This document shows positions 8,544-17,853 of a DNA stretch of 64,000 nucleotides, piece by piece; within the stretch, counting starts at the first letter, position 1, and every line of letters begins with the position of its first letter. The stretch lies in NCBI GenBank assembly GCA_903858685.1, contig CAIOJR010000217.1, positions 2,707 through 66,706 of the forward strand, given 5' to 3'. Both the position numbers and the translations under genes were made by a program. Below the pieces are notes generated by a model. It was not told where the DNA came from and did not search any database. It saw nothing but the letters and a program-made list of their open reading frames with translations. Origin of the DNA: an uncultured Caulobacterales bacterium (GTDB taxonomy: Bacteria; Pseudomonadota; Alphaproteobacteria; Caulobacterales; Caulobacteraceae).

Positions 8544-11366
8544 TCAAGCATGGGCAGGCGCCGCTTCATTAAAGGCTCTGATCACGGACGTCACCAGGTT
8601 CAACGGCGTGACAGGCTTCGCCAGATGCGCGAAGAAGCCTGCACGCTGCACGCGCTGCTGATCGTGGTCATTTGCTGAAAACAATAGGGTTGGCACAAAT
8701 TGATTGGGCCCCGGCGTGGCGCGAACCTGAGCCAGGAGCGCTTCCCCGGACAGGCCGGGCATCTGCTGATCAAACAACATGACGTCGAATGACTGCTCGC
8801 CAAGGAGCGCCACGGATTGGACGGGGTCTTCCTGTTCAGACACTTCGGCGCCGACGCTTTCCAATATGGCGCGCGTGATTTCCCGAACGCTGGCATTGTC
8901 ATCCACGATCAGGACACGAAGCCCGGCAAGGCTGATGCTCAACGCGGACGGAGAAGGCGATTGCCGGGCGGCGGCGGGACGCGCGGGGATGTGGAACCAG
9001 AATGAACTGCCGGTCCCAACAGCGCTTCGAACGCCGATTTCGCCGCCCATGGCCTCGACCAAACCCTTTGAGATCGCAAGTCCCAATCCAGTGCCGCCAT
9101 GACGGCGCGTCGTTGACATGTCAGCCTGACTGAAGCGCTGAAATAAGCTTTGCGACTGCTCGCAGGTCAGACCCGTCCCGGTGTCCGATATTTCTATCTG
9201 CAACTCTTCTTCAGAAGAATTGTACCGAGCTTCAATCGTAACAGCGCCCACATCGGTGAACTTGATCGCATTGCTCACAAGGTTCAGCACAACCTGTCGA
9301 ACCTTGTCCCGATCAACCGACAGTGCGTGAGGCGTCTGCGGGTCGACGACAAGGTTTAAATCGATCCCCTTCTCGCGCGCCTGGGCTTCAAAGATCGCCA
9401 CCGCGCCCTCGATTAATTCGGCGGCATTGGCGGCTTGCAAATTGATCTTCAATTCGCCGGCCTCAATCTTGGAGAAGTCCAGCACGTCGCTCACCAGCGC
9501 CACGAGCGCTTCACTGGCTGCGGCAATGCGTGTGACATATTTCTGATGTTGAGGCGATAGTTGGCTTCCCTCGGACAGGAGCCGCGTAAATCCCAGTATT
9601 GCGGTCAGAGGAGTGCGGATTTCATGGGTCATATTCGCGAGAAAAGCCGATTTTGCTTTGGTCGCAACAATGGCGGCGTCACGCGCCTGTTGCAAATCAG
9701 CTTCAATCGTCTTTCGGTTTGTTACATTACGCACAACGTCCTGAAATCCGATCAGGCCTCCCGATTCAGGATCGTACAATTTCATCGGGTGAGCCTCGAG
9801 CCACACCAGTGATCCATCCTTGGCGGGCGCCCGGTACTCGAAATAGATCGGGGTGGCGTCCGGGCCCGCCTCGACATATTTCTGCAACTGGCTCAGAACA
9901 CGGTGCAGATCTTCGCGTGCAATGAAATCCTGCACCTTGCGCCCGATCAGCTCCTCCGGCCGGTAACCCATTGCGTCGTGAATCGACGGGGACAGATATA
10001 TAAATTCACCACCTATAGTATATTGCGCGACAATGTCCGTGGCGTTTTCACTGAGCAGGCGGAAGCGCGCTTCCCGATCGGCGACGGCTCTCTCCGCCAG
10101 GACGCGCTCGGTCACATCGCGGATGATGTCGGTAATCGCGATGGCCTTCCCAGTCACGGGATCGCGGGCGAGCATGGGTCGCGCCTCAAGCCAAATCACG
10201 CGACCATCCTTGCGGATGTGACGGTACTCTACAATCTCGCTGCCTGCGTGGTTGAGGGCCGATGAGATTTCTGCTTTCACCCGCTCCCTGTCATCAGGGT
10301 GCACAAAATCTGTCGCTTGACGACCGATCGCCTCGCTGGGCGCGAAACCGGTGATCCGTGTCGAGGCCGGGGACACAAAGGTGAAGCGTCCATCCAGGCT
10401 CGCCTCGGTAAAAATGTCATTTGCATTATCCGTCAATCGCCGAAAGCGGGCCTCACCCGCACGCAGCGCCGCATCCGCCAGACGAAGGTGGGTGACATCC
10501 TGATAAGTCCCCATCAGGGCCTCGACCTTGCCGTCAGCCCCCTTTCGCACTGTCCCGCGTGCGAGAACGTCCCGGCGCTCCATGTTCGGCCATATCACAG
10601 TCCCCTGATGCTCATAGTCCAGGCCGTCAGCCATCGCCCGTTCGACGACCACTCGCAGCCTTTCCCGGTCTTCGGGGACATACAGTGCGAGAACCCGGTC
10701 GAGGTCGAGCGCGGGCAGACCCGGGTCGACGCCGTGGATACGGTAAACCTCGGTGGACCAGTCGGTTTGGTTCCTGGCAAGGTCCCATGACCAGGTGCCC
10801 AAGCCGGCCATTTGTTCAGACAGGGACAGAAGCCTGCCGCGGTCGGCAGCCAGCTGGGCCTGTTTCTGGCTCTCTATCGCCTCCGAACGCAAGACCAGCG
10901 CCTGAACAACGCTGGCCGCCAGGCTTGCGAGCGTTTTCCGATCCTTAGCATCAAAGCTCGTGTGGGGCGCCTGGTCCATCAAACACAACGCGCCCAGGCG
11001 ATAGCCTTCGTGGGTGACGAGCGGTGCGCCCGCGAAAAACCGGATATGAGGCGCTTCGGTCACCAGAGGATTATTGCGAAATCGACGATCCTGTGTCGCG
11101 TCGAGGACGACCGTCACGTCGTCAGTCTGGATGGCGTAGTGGCAGAATGAGACGGCCCTCGGCGTTGCATTTGCTTCGAAGCCGATGGTGGACTTGAACC
11201 CCTGCTGGTCTGAAGCCACAAATGAAATAGCCGCGAAGGGGACACAGAAGAGGTCAGCGGCGAGCTTGGTCAGGCCGTCGAAAATTGCCTCCCGCTCGGC
11301 GCTTAAAACATCAAGCTTGGCCAGGACTCGCAGGCGTTCCAGCTCATAAGAAGCGTCTTGACCCAT
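8544..11366 (-). CDS. Hybrid sensor histidine kinase (GAF, multiple PAS, HisKA, HATPase, receiver)
   Basis: 940-aa ORF with H-box MTHEIRTPLTAILGF, G-boxes DTGTGL and GGTGLGLAISKGLVE, and a C-terminal receiver (VLIVDDN ... MLFDQQMPGLSG). Confidence 0.9.
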   Translation of the reverse strand: MGQDASYELERLRVLAKLDVLSAEREAIFDGLTKLAADLFCVPFAAISFVASDQQGFKSTIGFEANATPRAVSFCHYAIQTDDVTVVLDATQDRRFRNNPLVTEAPHIRFFAGAPLVTHEGYRLGALCLMDQAPHTSFDAKDRKTLASLAASVVQALVLRSEAIESQKQAQLAADRGRLLSLSEQMAGLGTWSWDLARNQTDWSTEVYRIHGVDPGLPALDLDRVLALYVPEDRERLRVVVERAMADGLDYEHQGTVIWPNMERRDVLARGTVRKGADGKVEALMGTYQDVTHLRLADAALRAGEARFRRLTDNANDIFTEASLDGRFTFVSPASTRITGFAPSEAIGRQATDFVHPDDRERVKAEISSALNHAGSEIVEYRHIRKDGRVIWLEARPMLARDPVTGKAIAITDIIRDVTERVLAERAVADREARFRLLSENATDIVAQYTIGGEFIYLSPSIHDAMGYRPEELIGRKVQDFIAREDLHRVLSQLQKYVEAGPDATPIYFEYRAPAKDGSLVWLEAHPMKLYDPESGGLIGFQDVVRNVTNRKTIEADLQQARDAAIVATKAKSAFLANMTHEIRTPLTAILGFTRLLSEGSQLSPQHQKYVTRIAAASEALVALVSDVLDFSKIEAGELKINLQAANAAELIEGAVAIFEAQAREKGIDLNLVVDPQTPHALSVDRDKVRQVVLNLVSNAIKFTDVGAVTIEARYNSSEEELQIEISDTGTGLTCEQSQSLFQRFSQADMSTTRRHGGTGLGLAISKGLVEAMGGEIGVRSAVGTGSSFWFHIPARPAAARQSPSPSALSISLAGLRVLIVDDNASVREITRAILESVGAEVSEQEDPVQSVALLGEQSFDVMLFDQQMPGLSGEALLAQVRATPGPNQFVPTLLFSANDHDQQRVQRAGFFAHLAKPVTPLNLVTSVIRAFNEAAPAHA

Positions 11367-11868
11367 TCACCAATACCTGAATTCCCGGTCGGCTTGAGAA
11401 CCAACAGTCTGATATTGGATGTTAGATGGAATTAATTATTACAAAGGAAATCAGCAAAGGCCATGAGTCGGCAATATCCATCCAATTGCCGCGCCTCCCT
11501 GCCTTGACGCCATATTGGTCCGAAGCACGCCACAAGGGGATGCTGAGCTGTCGCTTCCTTTCCTATGTTTGCTCAGGCAACCGAACGCTTCTGCCCATAA
11601 GGGGCGACCCGCCATGGGAACCCTGGGCCGACATGGCGCAGCAGGGCGCCGGTTTCCCCTCATAGCTGCGCGCAACGCTGGATCACCTTGTCGCTACAGC
11701 GAGGAGAAGCCCGAACCAGCATTGCTAGCTTCGTCGCAACCTCCCGGACCGAAACTATTCGGTCAAGACATGGGATCATTCGGCTCCAGATTGAGACATA
11801 AACAAATAACGACTCCAGACATAACACGACTAGACTAAATCAGAGTCCCGTTCAGTTTCAATATTGTA

Positions 11869-12492
11869 TCAATCTATGCCCATGGTCCGCCGCATTAGTT
11901 TTTCGTGCGTCTCAAAGGAATAATTTGCAACACCATTCAACGATTTAAGAAGGTCTGGAATTTCTTCGGCCAAGGCGACAGCATAATTGAAGGCGAAGAC
12001 CCTATCATCCATAAGTATCTTCAGACGCGCGCTATGATCGCCATCCGCCTCAGCTGCCTCGCCCGCTCTAAGAGCGGGATCTACGCTGTTGATCGCATCA
12101 TAGGCTGACAGCACGCCATCCACGGCCAAGGTCATCCGGACCAGAATTGAATGAATACGCGCACGGTCATTGGCCCTGCGCAGATCATAAAGCGACTCTC
12201 GGTTGCGGTCATAGGCTTCCGTCTCCCGCTGGGCGGCGCGGATCATCCGTTGAGTGATCACGCCATAAGGGTCGCCGCGGGAACGGCTTGCGTCCGCAAG
12301 ATAGATCAAAAATTTGAGTGAGGAGAGAATCTCCCCGAATAATAGAGCGGCATTGCGTTCGCGCTCACGCTGGTGAATGTAGCGTTCGAACTGCCCGGCC
12401 AGAAACCCGCCAAGGGTCGCCAGGGTTGCGCCAAGCACGACGGCGAGCAAAGTATCCTGCCCTGTCTCCAGACTGAAATGCTGCCCCGCCAT
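11869..12492 (-). CDS. Hypothetical membrane-anchored protein (orphan, lower GC)
   Basis: 207-aa ORF with an N-terminal TM segment (LLAVVLGATLATLGGFLAG) and otherwise helical, charged sequence. I recognise no family. The 3' half is visibly AT-richer than its surroundings. Confidence 0.5.
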   Translation of the reverse strand: MAGQHFSLETGQDTLLAVVLGATLATLGGFLAGQFERYIHQRERERNAALLFGEILSSLKFLIYLADASRSRGDPYGVITQRMIRAAQRETEAYDRNRESLYDLRRANDRARIHSILVRMTLAVDGVLSAYDAINSVDPALRAGEAAEADGDHSARLKILMDDRVFAFNYAVALAEEIPDLLKSLNGVANYSFETHEKLMRRTMGID

Positions 12493-12745
12493 CTTCGCCC
12501 CGTTCCGCCGACCATTGTTTCATGGCGATCTTAGCCCATGCTGGCCTCGCGCCAATGGCTAAGCTGGGCATAGCTCGCGCCCATGCGCCAAGCCCGGCGG
12601 AACGCCTGCCCTGCGCCCAGGTCGCATCAGCGCTCCTGTGGGCGCTGCGTTGCCAACAGATGACAACCCAGTCCCCCTCCCCCCGTGAGAAATGACCTGA
12701 AGCGGATTTGGACAGGGTCTGAGACGGCTGGTCAGAAGTGAAGAC

Positions 12746-13942
12746 CTACCGGCCGCAATTTGGCGCGGACAACGGATTGCACCTTGCGGCGAATCCTGTG
12801 GGAAGGCTCACGACATAGTTGCCGCCTGGGGAGGCGCCGGGCTTCTCATAGTCGGTGGAAACGATCTGACCGCCGCTGGCGAACGTCGCTGTCGCGCGGC
12901 TCATATCGTTGACCCGGGCCTCATAGGTCTCGATGTCGGACCGTGTGCGCACGAAGTATCCGCGCTTGACCTCGTCACGGATCTCGGGCCCCCGCGCCAC
13001 GGCGTTGTCGTCGAGGATGAACGCCGCGTGCGCCTGTCCGGGCTGGGAATCCATGAAAGCGACGCGGCCCTTGAGGCCCGGATGGCCAATGAGGTAGGCC
13101 GCTGCGCCGTCATGGCCCGTTGCGGTCATCAGGAGGAACATCACCTTCCCCCGGGACTGGGCCAGGCTTGGCCAGGCGCCGGCGAGAACGGCCGCCTCCA
13201 GCGTGGGATAGTTTCCCCGCACATCGTCCGGCGTGATGATCCGTTCTCGGGGAAACCCTTCCAGGATCGTGTGGTCGATCTCGTCATAGGTCTCGGGCGT
13301 GAACGGCGGCGCCGGTTTCGAGCCCGGCAGGATCGGGAAGGACTTCACCTTGGCCTCGACCATGACGAAGATCGGCACGTGGCCGCGATGACGGTCGGAC
13401 CAGGCCCGGATCTCTGCGATACAGCTGCGGAAGGTCGGGCAAGTGCTGCGGAAATCCACGTCAGGCATGTGCAACACCTTCAGACCCGGCGCCGCCACGG
13501 TCGCCGGATCGAATGGGAGCAGGTCCGCCACCCCCTGTGCGCGCAGGATTCGATAGGCCGCCGGATCGCCATAGGCGCCGCCGACGGGGTCAGGGTTCAC
13601 ATCGATCTCGAGGCCGCGCACGCCCAGGTCCAGCTGCTCGGTCAGGGATGGATGGCTATAATCCAGGGCCTGGCTGAAGGTGACATCGTTGGGATGGTCG
13701 ATCAGGAACTGCCGACGGGCCGCCTCGGGCAGACTGCCGACGATCTTGCCCATGGAGGGAAGCTTGGCGTCCATCATGGTCAGAATGTGGGGATCAACGG
13801 CTGCGTGATAGCTGTTGTGAGTGCCCAGCACCTGGATCTGGTTGATCTTCAGGTCCGCCGGGAGGTCAGGCGCCTCGACCGCGGAGACGGCGGTGGCGAT
13901 GGCGACGCTGGCCGCCACGAGCATGAGCACGCGGGTCATCAT
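12746..13942 (-). CDS. Secreted PI-PLC-like (Ca-dependent phosphoinositide phospholipase C family) phosphodiesterase
   Basis: 398 aa with signal peptide MMTRVLMLVAASVAIATAVSA. The LGTHNSYH motif near the N-terminus and GLEIDV are typical of the PLC-like phosphodiesterase TIM barrel. Confidence 0.65.
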   Translation of the reverse strand: MMTRVLMLVAASVAIATAVSAVEAPDLPADLKINQIQVLGTHNSYHAAVDPHILTMMDAKLPSMGKIVGSLPEAARRQFLIDHPNDVTFSQALDYSHPSLTEQLDLGVRGLEIDVNPDPVGGAYGDPAAYRILRAQGVADLLPFDPATVAAPGLKVLHMPDVDFRSTCPTFRSCIAEIRAWSDRHRGHVPIFVMVEAKVKSFPILPGSKPAPPFTPETYDEIDHTILEGFPRERIITPDDVRGNYPTLEAAVLAGAWPSLAQSRGKVMFLLMTATGHDGAAAYLIGHPGLKGRVAFMDSQPGQAHAAFILDDNAVARGPEIRDEVKRGYFVRTRSDIETYEARVNDMSRATATFASGGQIVSTDYEKPGASPGGNYVVSLPTGFAARCNPLSAPNCGR

Positions 13943-14024
13943 CGTTAGCTCCTTCAGGCGCGGCTCGGGCCGCCAAACAGAAACGGCCCGCCCGGATCAG
14001 GTCGGCGATAAGGCGGGCCCTTGG

Positions 14025-14058
14025 GGGCGGACGCTGAGGGAAGCCTCAGCGCCCGCCC
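14025..14058 (-). terminator. GC-rich hairpin downstream of the TonB receptor gene
   Basis: The sequence gggcggacgctgagg-gaag-cctcagcgcccgccc forms a 15-bp stem with one mismatch, 25 nt past the stop at 14083. There is no T-tract. Confidence 0.45.
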
Positions 14059-14082
14059 GGTCTTGAAGTTCCTCAGACAGGT

Positions 14083-16332
14083 TCAGTAGGCGTATTTCAG
14101 GAACACGCCCGCCGTGCGCGATGCATCCAGGGACTGGTAATGCAGCAGACCGAGGGCGCCATACTGCTGCCAGCCGGTCGAGAAATAGTGGTCGAAAAGG
14201 TTGCGGGCATAGACGCCCAGCTCCAGGCCCCGGCTGGGCATCTGGAAGCTGATGCGGGCATTGGCCAGGCCATAGCCCTTCACTTCCGAATAGGCGGGCT
14301 GGCCGGTCACCGTCCACAGGTTGGAACGATAGGCATAGTCCAGGGTCGCCTTCATCTTCAGGCTGTCGTTGATCGGCCGCACATAGTCCGCCGCCACAAA
14401 GCCCGCCCAACGCGGCGCATTGGTGAGGCGTGTATTGGTGTAGTTGGTGGTGGTGTTGGGCACGTAATTCGTGAAATAGGCGTCGGTATAGGTCACCGAG
14501 CCATTGAGGGTGAGGGCGTCGGTCGCCTTCCAGGCAAACGTCGCCTCCGCGCCCTCGCTCTTCAGGCCACCGGCGTTGCCGATCACCGACTGTAGCAGCA
14601 CGCTGCCCGGGATCGCCGTCAAAATGGTCGCCTGAAACTGCTTGAAGTCCTCATTGAAGGCGTCCGCATTCAAGCGGAGACGGTGGCCGAACAGTTCGGA
14701 CTTCACGCCGACCTCGTAAGCGTTGACGGTTTCCTCGCGGAACGGGTCGTACTTGTTGCCCACAAAGGCCACACCGCCGGGCTTGTAGCCGGTGGAATAG
14801 CTCGCATACAGCAGCACATCATCGGTCAGGTGGTATTCCGGCGCGATACGGTAGGAGAAATTGTGCCCTACGAGGCTGCCCGCGGGCTGGAACGGCTGGG
14901 CGCTTGTCGCCACAAAAGTGACGGAGTGTCCGACAACGGAAACGGGATCGACGAAGGGATAAGACAGCGACTGGCTGTTGTCGTCGTAGGTGTAGCGTCC
15001 GCCAAAGGCAATATTGAACCTGGGCGTGAGATTGAACTTCAGCTGACCATAGGCCGCCGCCGTCGTATTGCGCGCCATGAACAGCGAAATGTCGCCCGAC
15101 GCGCCGATCGCGCCAGTCAAGGCGTAGAGACGGGTCGTCGAGGCGTTCAGGGGCGCCCCAAGCGTCGCCCACTGGAGCTGGGTCTGGTCCGCAATCAGCT
15201 TGTTATAGAACAGACCGCCCACATATTCGATGAACTGGCCGGTCGGCGAGGCCAACCGCAGTTCCTGGCTGACCTTTGAGGTGCTGAGCCGACCCGAGTT
15301 GAACGGGATATAGGCATAGGTGCTGGTGGGCGTGAGGTCGGCTGGCGTATCGTTGTTATAGGTCGTTTCGCGCACCGCGGTGATCGAGGTGAGGGTATCG
15401 GCGCCGATCTTCAAACGGGCCTGGACGGATGTGCCCTGCGACGTCGTGACGATTGCGCCGACCGAGCTGTCGGCGTCGTTGCCGTTCTGCGGGCCCGCGG
15501 TCACGCCCAGGGCCGCCTGGGTGGAGGCGACGATAGCGGGCTGACCGGACACGGCCACGCGGATCGAGCTGTCCCAGTGGTGCTGGTAGTCGTTCATCAC
15601 GAGCAGCTGGAAGGCGTCGTTCGGCTTGTAGAGAAGCTTGGCCCGATAGCCCCAGTCTTCGAAGGCGCCGAGGGACTTGTGTACGGTCGTATACTGGCCG
15701 GGGCCGTCCTGGCCCTGGTCAAAGGCTGTGATGCGCACGGCCATGTCCAAGCCGATCGGGATATTGACTGTGGCGTTGTCGTTCCGGTCATTGCGCTCGC
15801 CATGGCTGGCTGCGGCCTTGGCTGAGAACTGCCCAAGCACCGGATTGGCGGTCGTGACGACAATCGCGCCCGAGGTAGAATTCTTGCCGAACAGTGTGCC
15901 TTGGGGCCCCATCAGAACGTCGACGCGCTGGATGTCTGACAGGCCGGTCAGGCCGTTCTCCCGCTGGGCGTCCATCACCACGTCATCGACAACGACGCTG
16001 ACCGACTTCTCGTTGGAGAAGTCGAACGAGGTGCTGCCGACACCCCGGATCTGGAACGCCGCACCCTGGGTGGGATCGTACTGGACGCCAGGAACCAGGA
16101 ACTGCAGGTCGGTCAGGTTCTGAAAACCGCTGTCCTCGATCGTCTTGCCGCTGACCACTGTGACGGCGATCGGCACCACCTGGACGCTCTCATCGCGATG
16201 CTGGGCGGTGATGATCACCGGCGCCAAGGACGTCGCATCGTCGGCTGATGCTGCGGCGACTGCCAGTGGAGCCGAGCAGACAGAAGCCGCAAGGGCCATG
16301 GCGATCGAGCGCCAGTAAGGATGAACAGGCAT
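14083..16332 (-). CDS. TonB-dependent receptor
   Basis: From ORF 14083..16356. I prefer the ATG at 16332, which is preceded by GGGGGA and gives the signal peptide MPVHPYWRSIAMALAASVCSAPLAVAAA. It has a plug region (VIITAQHRDESVQVVPIAVTVVSG) and ends in a beta-barrel with a terminal aromatic (KYAY). Confidence 0.9.
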   Translation of the reverse strand: MPVHPYWRSIAMALAASVCSAPLAVAAASADDATSLAPVIITAQHRDESVQVVPIAVTVVSGKTIEDSGFQNLTDLQFLVPGVQYDPTQGAAFQIRGVGSTSFDFSNEKSVSVVVDDVVMDAQRENGLTGLSDIQRVDVLMGPQGTLFGKNSTSGAIVVTTANPVLGQFSAKAAASHGERNDRNDNATVNIPIGLDMAVRITAFDQGQDGPGQYTTVHKSLGAFEDWGYRAKLLYKPNDAFQLLVMNDYQHHWDSSIRVAVSGQPAIVASTQAALGVTAGPQNGNDADSSVGAIVTTSQGTSVQARLKIGADTLTSITAVRETTYNNDTPADLTPTSTYAYIPFNSGRLSTSKVSQELRLASPTGQFIEYVGGLFYNKLIADQTQLQWATLGAPLNASTTRLYALTGAIGASGDISLFMARNTTAAAYGQLKFNLTPRFNIAFGGRYTYDDNSQSLSYPFVDPVSVVGHSVTFVATSAQPFQPAGSLVGHNFSYRIAPEYHLTDDVLLYASYSTGYKPGGVAFVGNKYDPFREETVNAYEVGVKSELFGHRLRLNADAFNEDFKQFQATILTAIPGSVLLQSVIGNAGGLKSEGAEATFAWKATDALTLNGSVTYTDAYFTNYVPNTTTNYTNTRLTNAPRWAGFVAADYVRPINDSLKMKATLDYAYRSNLWTVTGQPAYSEVKGYGLANARISFQMPSRGLELGVYARNLFDHYFSTGWQQYGALGLLHYQSLDASRTAGVFLKYAY

Positions 16333-16395
16333 TGGAAGTCCCCCGATAATCAACAATCGAGGGCTTGCCTAACCAAGGGGCATGACAAGGTCATG

Positions 16396-16411
16396 ACGTT
16401 TGTACGAACGT
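16396..16411. promoter_or_regulatory. Candidate TetR operator, copy 1 (ACGTTTGTACGAACGT)
   Basis: 14 of 16 positions are self-complementary around a central GTAC. The site lies 64-79 nt upstream of the receptor start at 16332. Confidence 0.4.
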
Positions 16412-16448
16412 TTTCCAAGACAAAATGGGAAAATATCGATCACTCCGG

Positions 16449-16465
16449 ACGATTGTACGAAACGT
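16449..16465. promoter_or_regulatory. Candidate TetR operator, copy 2 (ACGATTGTACGAAACGT)
   Basis: It shares the 9-mer TTGTACGAA and the ACG/CGT flanks with copy 1. Centres are about 53 nt apart, in the same intergenic region. Confidence 0.35.
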
Positions 16466-16489
16466 CACCTCCCCCCGCCGCCGACAGAC

Positions 16490-17740
16490 TCAGCCAAGCG
16501 CCCCGGCGTCCAGCATCCAGCGCCGGCTCTGCTCGATCAGGGCTTCGTTCGCGGCGCTGGACGGCTCGTTGACCGGGTTGAGCAGGCCTGCGCCGATCAG
16601 GCCCAGGGCCAGGGTCTGGGCCGATAACCGGTCCATCCGGTCGTAGTCCTGTGAGCGGCTCTGCAGAAGCCGCAGCAGATTGATCCCGCGGCGACGGCGC
16701 ATGTCCGCCGCACAGGGAACCAGCCGGGCCATCCGGATGGCGGCGACGGCGACGGCAAATGTCGCCCTGCCCACATCCAACCCCTCCATTGGATCGGCTG
16801 GGACGAGTTCGCCCGACCGGCTGGCCTCGAGATCCGCCACGGAGGTCAGCAGATGGGTAATGATGTATTCCAGGCCCGCGATGACCAGGTCTTCCTGTGT
16901 GGGATAGCGGTAGGCCAGCGTCGTCGGCTTCAGCCCCGCCAAAGTCGCGACGCTGCGATGGGTGACGGCCGACACCCCGTGCCGGGTCAACTGGACGGCG
17001 CAGCACCTCGCCGCACCCAGGCGCCAGTCCTGAGGAAGGGCCACGCCGTGAACCACGCCCGGCGCGGCGGCGTCTTCCGCCAGCAGATCGTAGAGCGCTT
17101 CACCGAGCGCGCCATCGTCCCAACGGGGATCGCCGACGGGCAGCAGATTTGTGAACAGCCGGCGCAGACACAGGCGACGGAGCGTCCGGTAGGCGGGAAG
17201 ACGGGTCAGAGAGATCGAATAGGCGAACTCGTCGATGAAATAGCCCTCGATGAGGCCGCTGCTGATCACGTCCTGCGGAACACCGGCATGGCGCGCCAGT
17301 CCATTCCAGGCGTCGGCGCGAACGTCGCGCCAGTCACAGAGGGCTGTGCGGACCTGGGCGTCCCAGCTGCTGGCCTGGACGCACTCCAGGAACAGGACGG
17401 ACAGGTCGCGCTGATCTGTCGCCGCATGGTCCAGCATCAGTTCGGCGAGTTCGGCCAGAGACTGAACTTGCCCGGCGGGAATTCGGTCGCGCATCTGCGT
17501 CCAGGGGGTCAGAGCGAGACGGTCCTCCGCGGCGGCTTCCGCAAGCACCTGGGCGATGATGTCTTCGCGCGAACCGTAACGGCTGGTCAGCGAGGAGACT
17601 GACATCCCGAGCACGCCCGCCAGCGGCCGAAGGGTCAAGCCGGAAAATCCGTCTTTCGCCACAAGATGCGCAGCCGCCTGCAGTAGCGGGCTGGCTGCGG
17701 CGCGACCGGCGACTTCGGTGAGCGGTAGAGGCTTGACCAT
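16490..17740 (-). CDS. Tandem-duplicated (two-HTH) TetR-family regulator
   Basis: From ORF 16490..17791. I prefer the ATG at 17740; GTG at 17791 is the alternative. There are two TetR_N-like HTH blocks: GFSGLTLRPLAGVLGMSVSSLTSRYGSREDI and GVSAVTHRSVATLAGLKPTTLAYRYPTQEDL. At about 416 aa the protein is roughly twice the usual TetR length. Confidence 0.75.
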   Translation of the reverse strand: MVKPLPLTEVAGRAAASPLLQAAAHLVAKDGFSGLTLRPLAGVLGMSVSSLTSRYGSREDIIAQVLAEAAAEDRLALTPWTQMRDRIPAGQVQSLAELAELMLDHAATDQRDLSVLFLECVQASSWDAQVRTALCDWRDVRADAWNGLARHAGVPQDVISSGLIEGYFIDEFAYSISLTRLPAYRTLRRLCLRRLFTNLLPVGDPRWDDGALGEALYDLLAEDAAAPGVVHGVALPQDWRLGAARCCAVQLTRHGVSAVTHRSVATLAGLKPTTLAYRYPTQEDLVIAGLEYIITHLLTSVADLEASRSGELVPADPMEGLDVGRATFAVAVAAIRMARLVPCAADMRRRRGINLLRLLQSRSQDYDRMDRLSAQTLALGLIGAGLLNPVNEPSSAANEALIEQSRRWMLDAGALG

Positions 17741-17853
17741 CGACCGGTCACTAAGCAAGACCGGGCATTCGCACAAGAGAGGGTCCGACACGGCACGAAC
17801 CTTTGGCGAAACCCGGCCTTCCGAACAGCCGCAAACACCCCCGGGCGGCCCCT

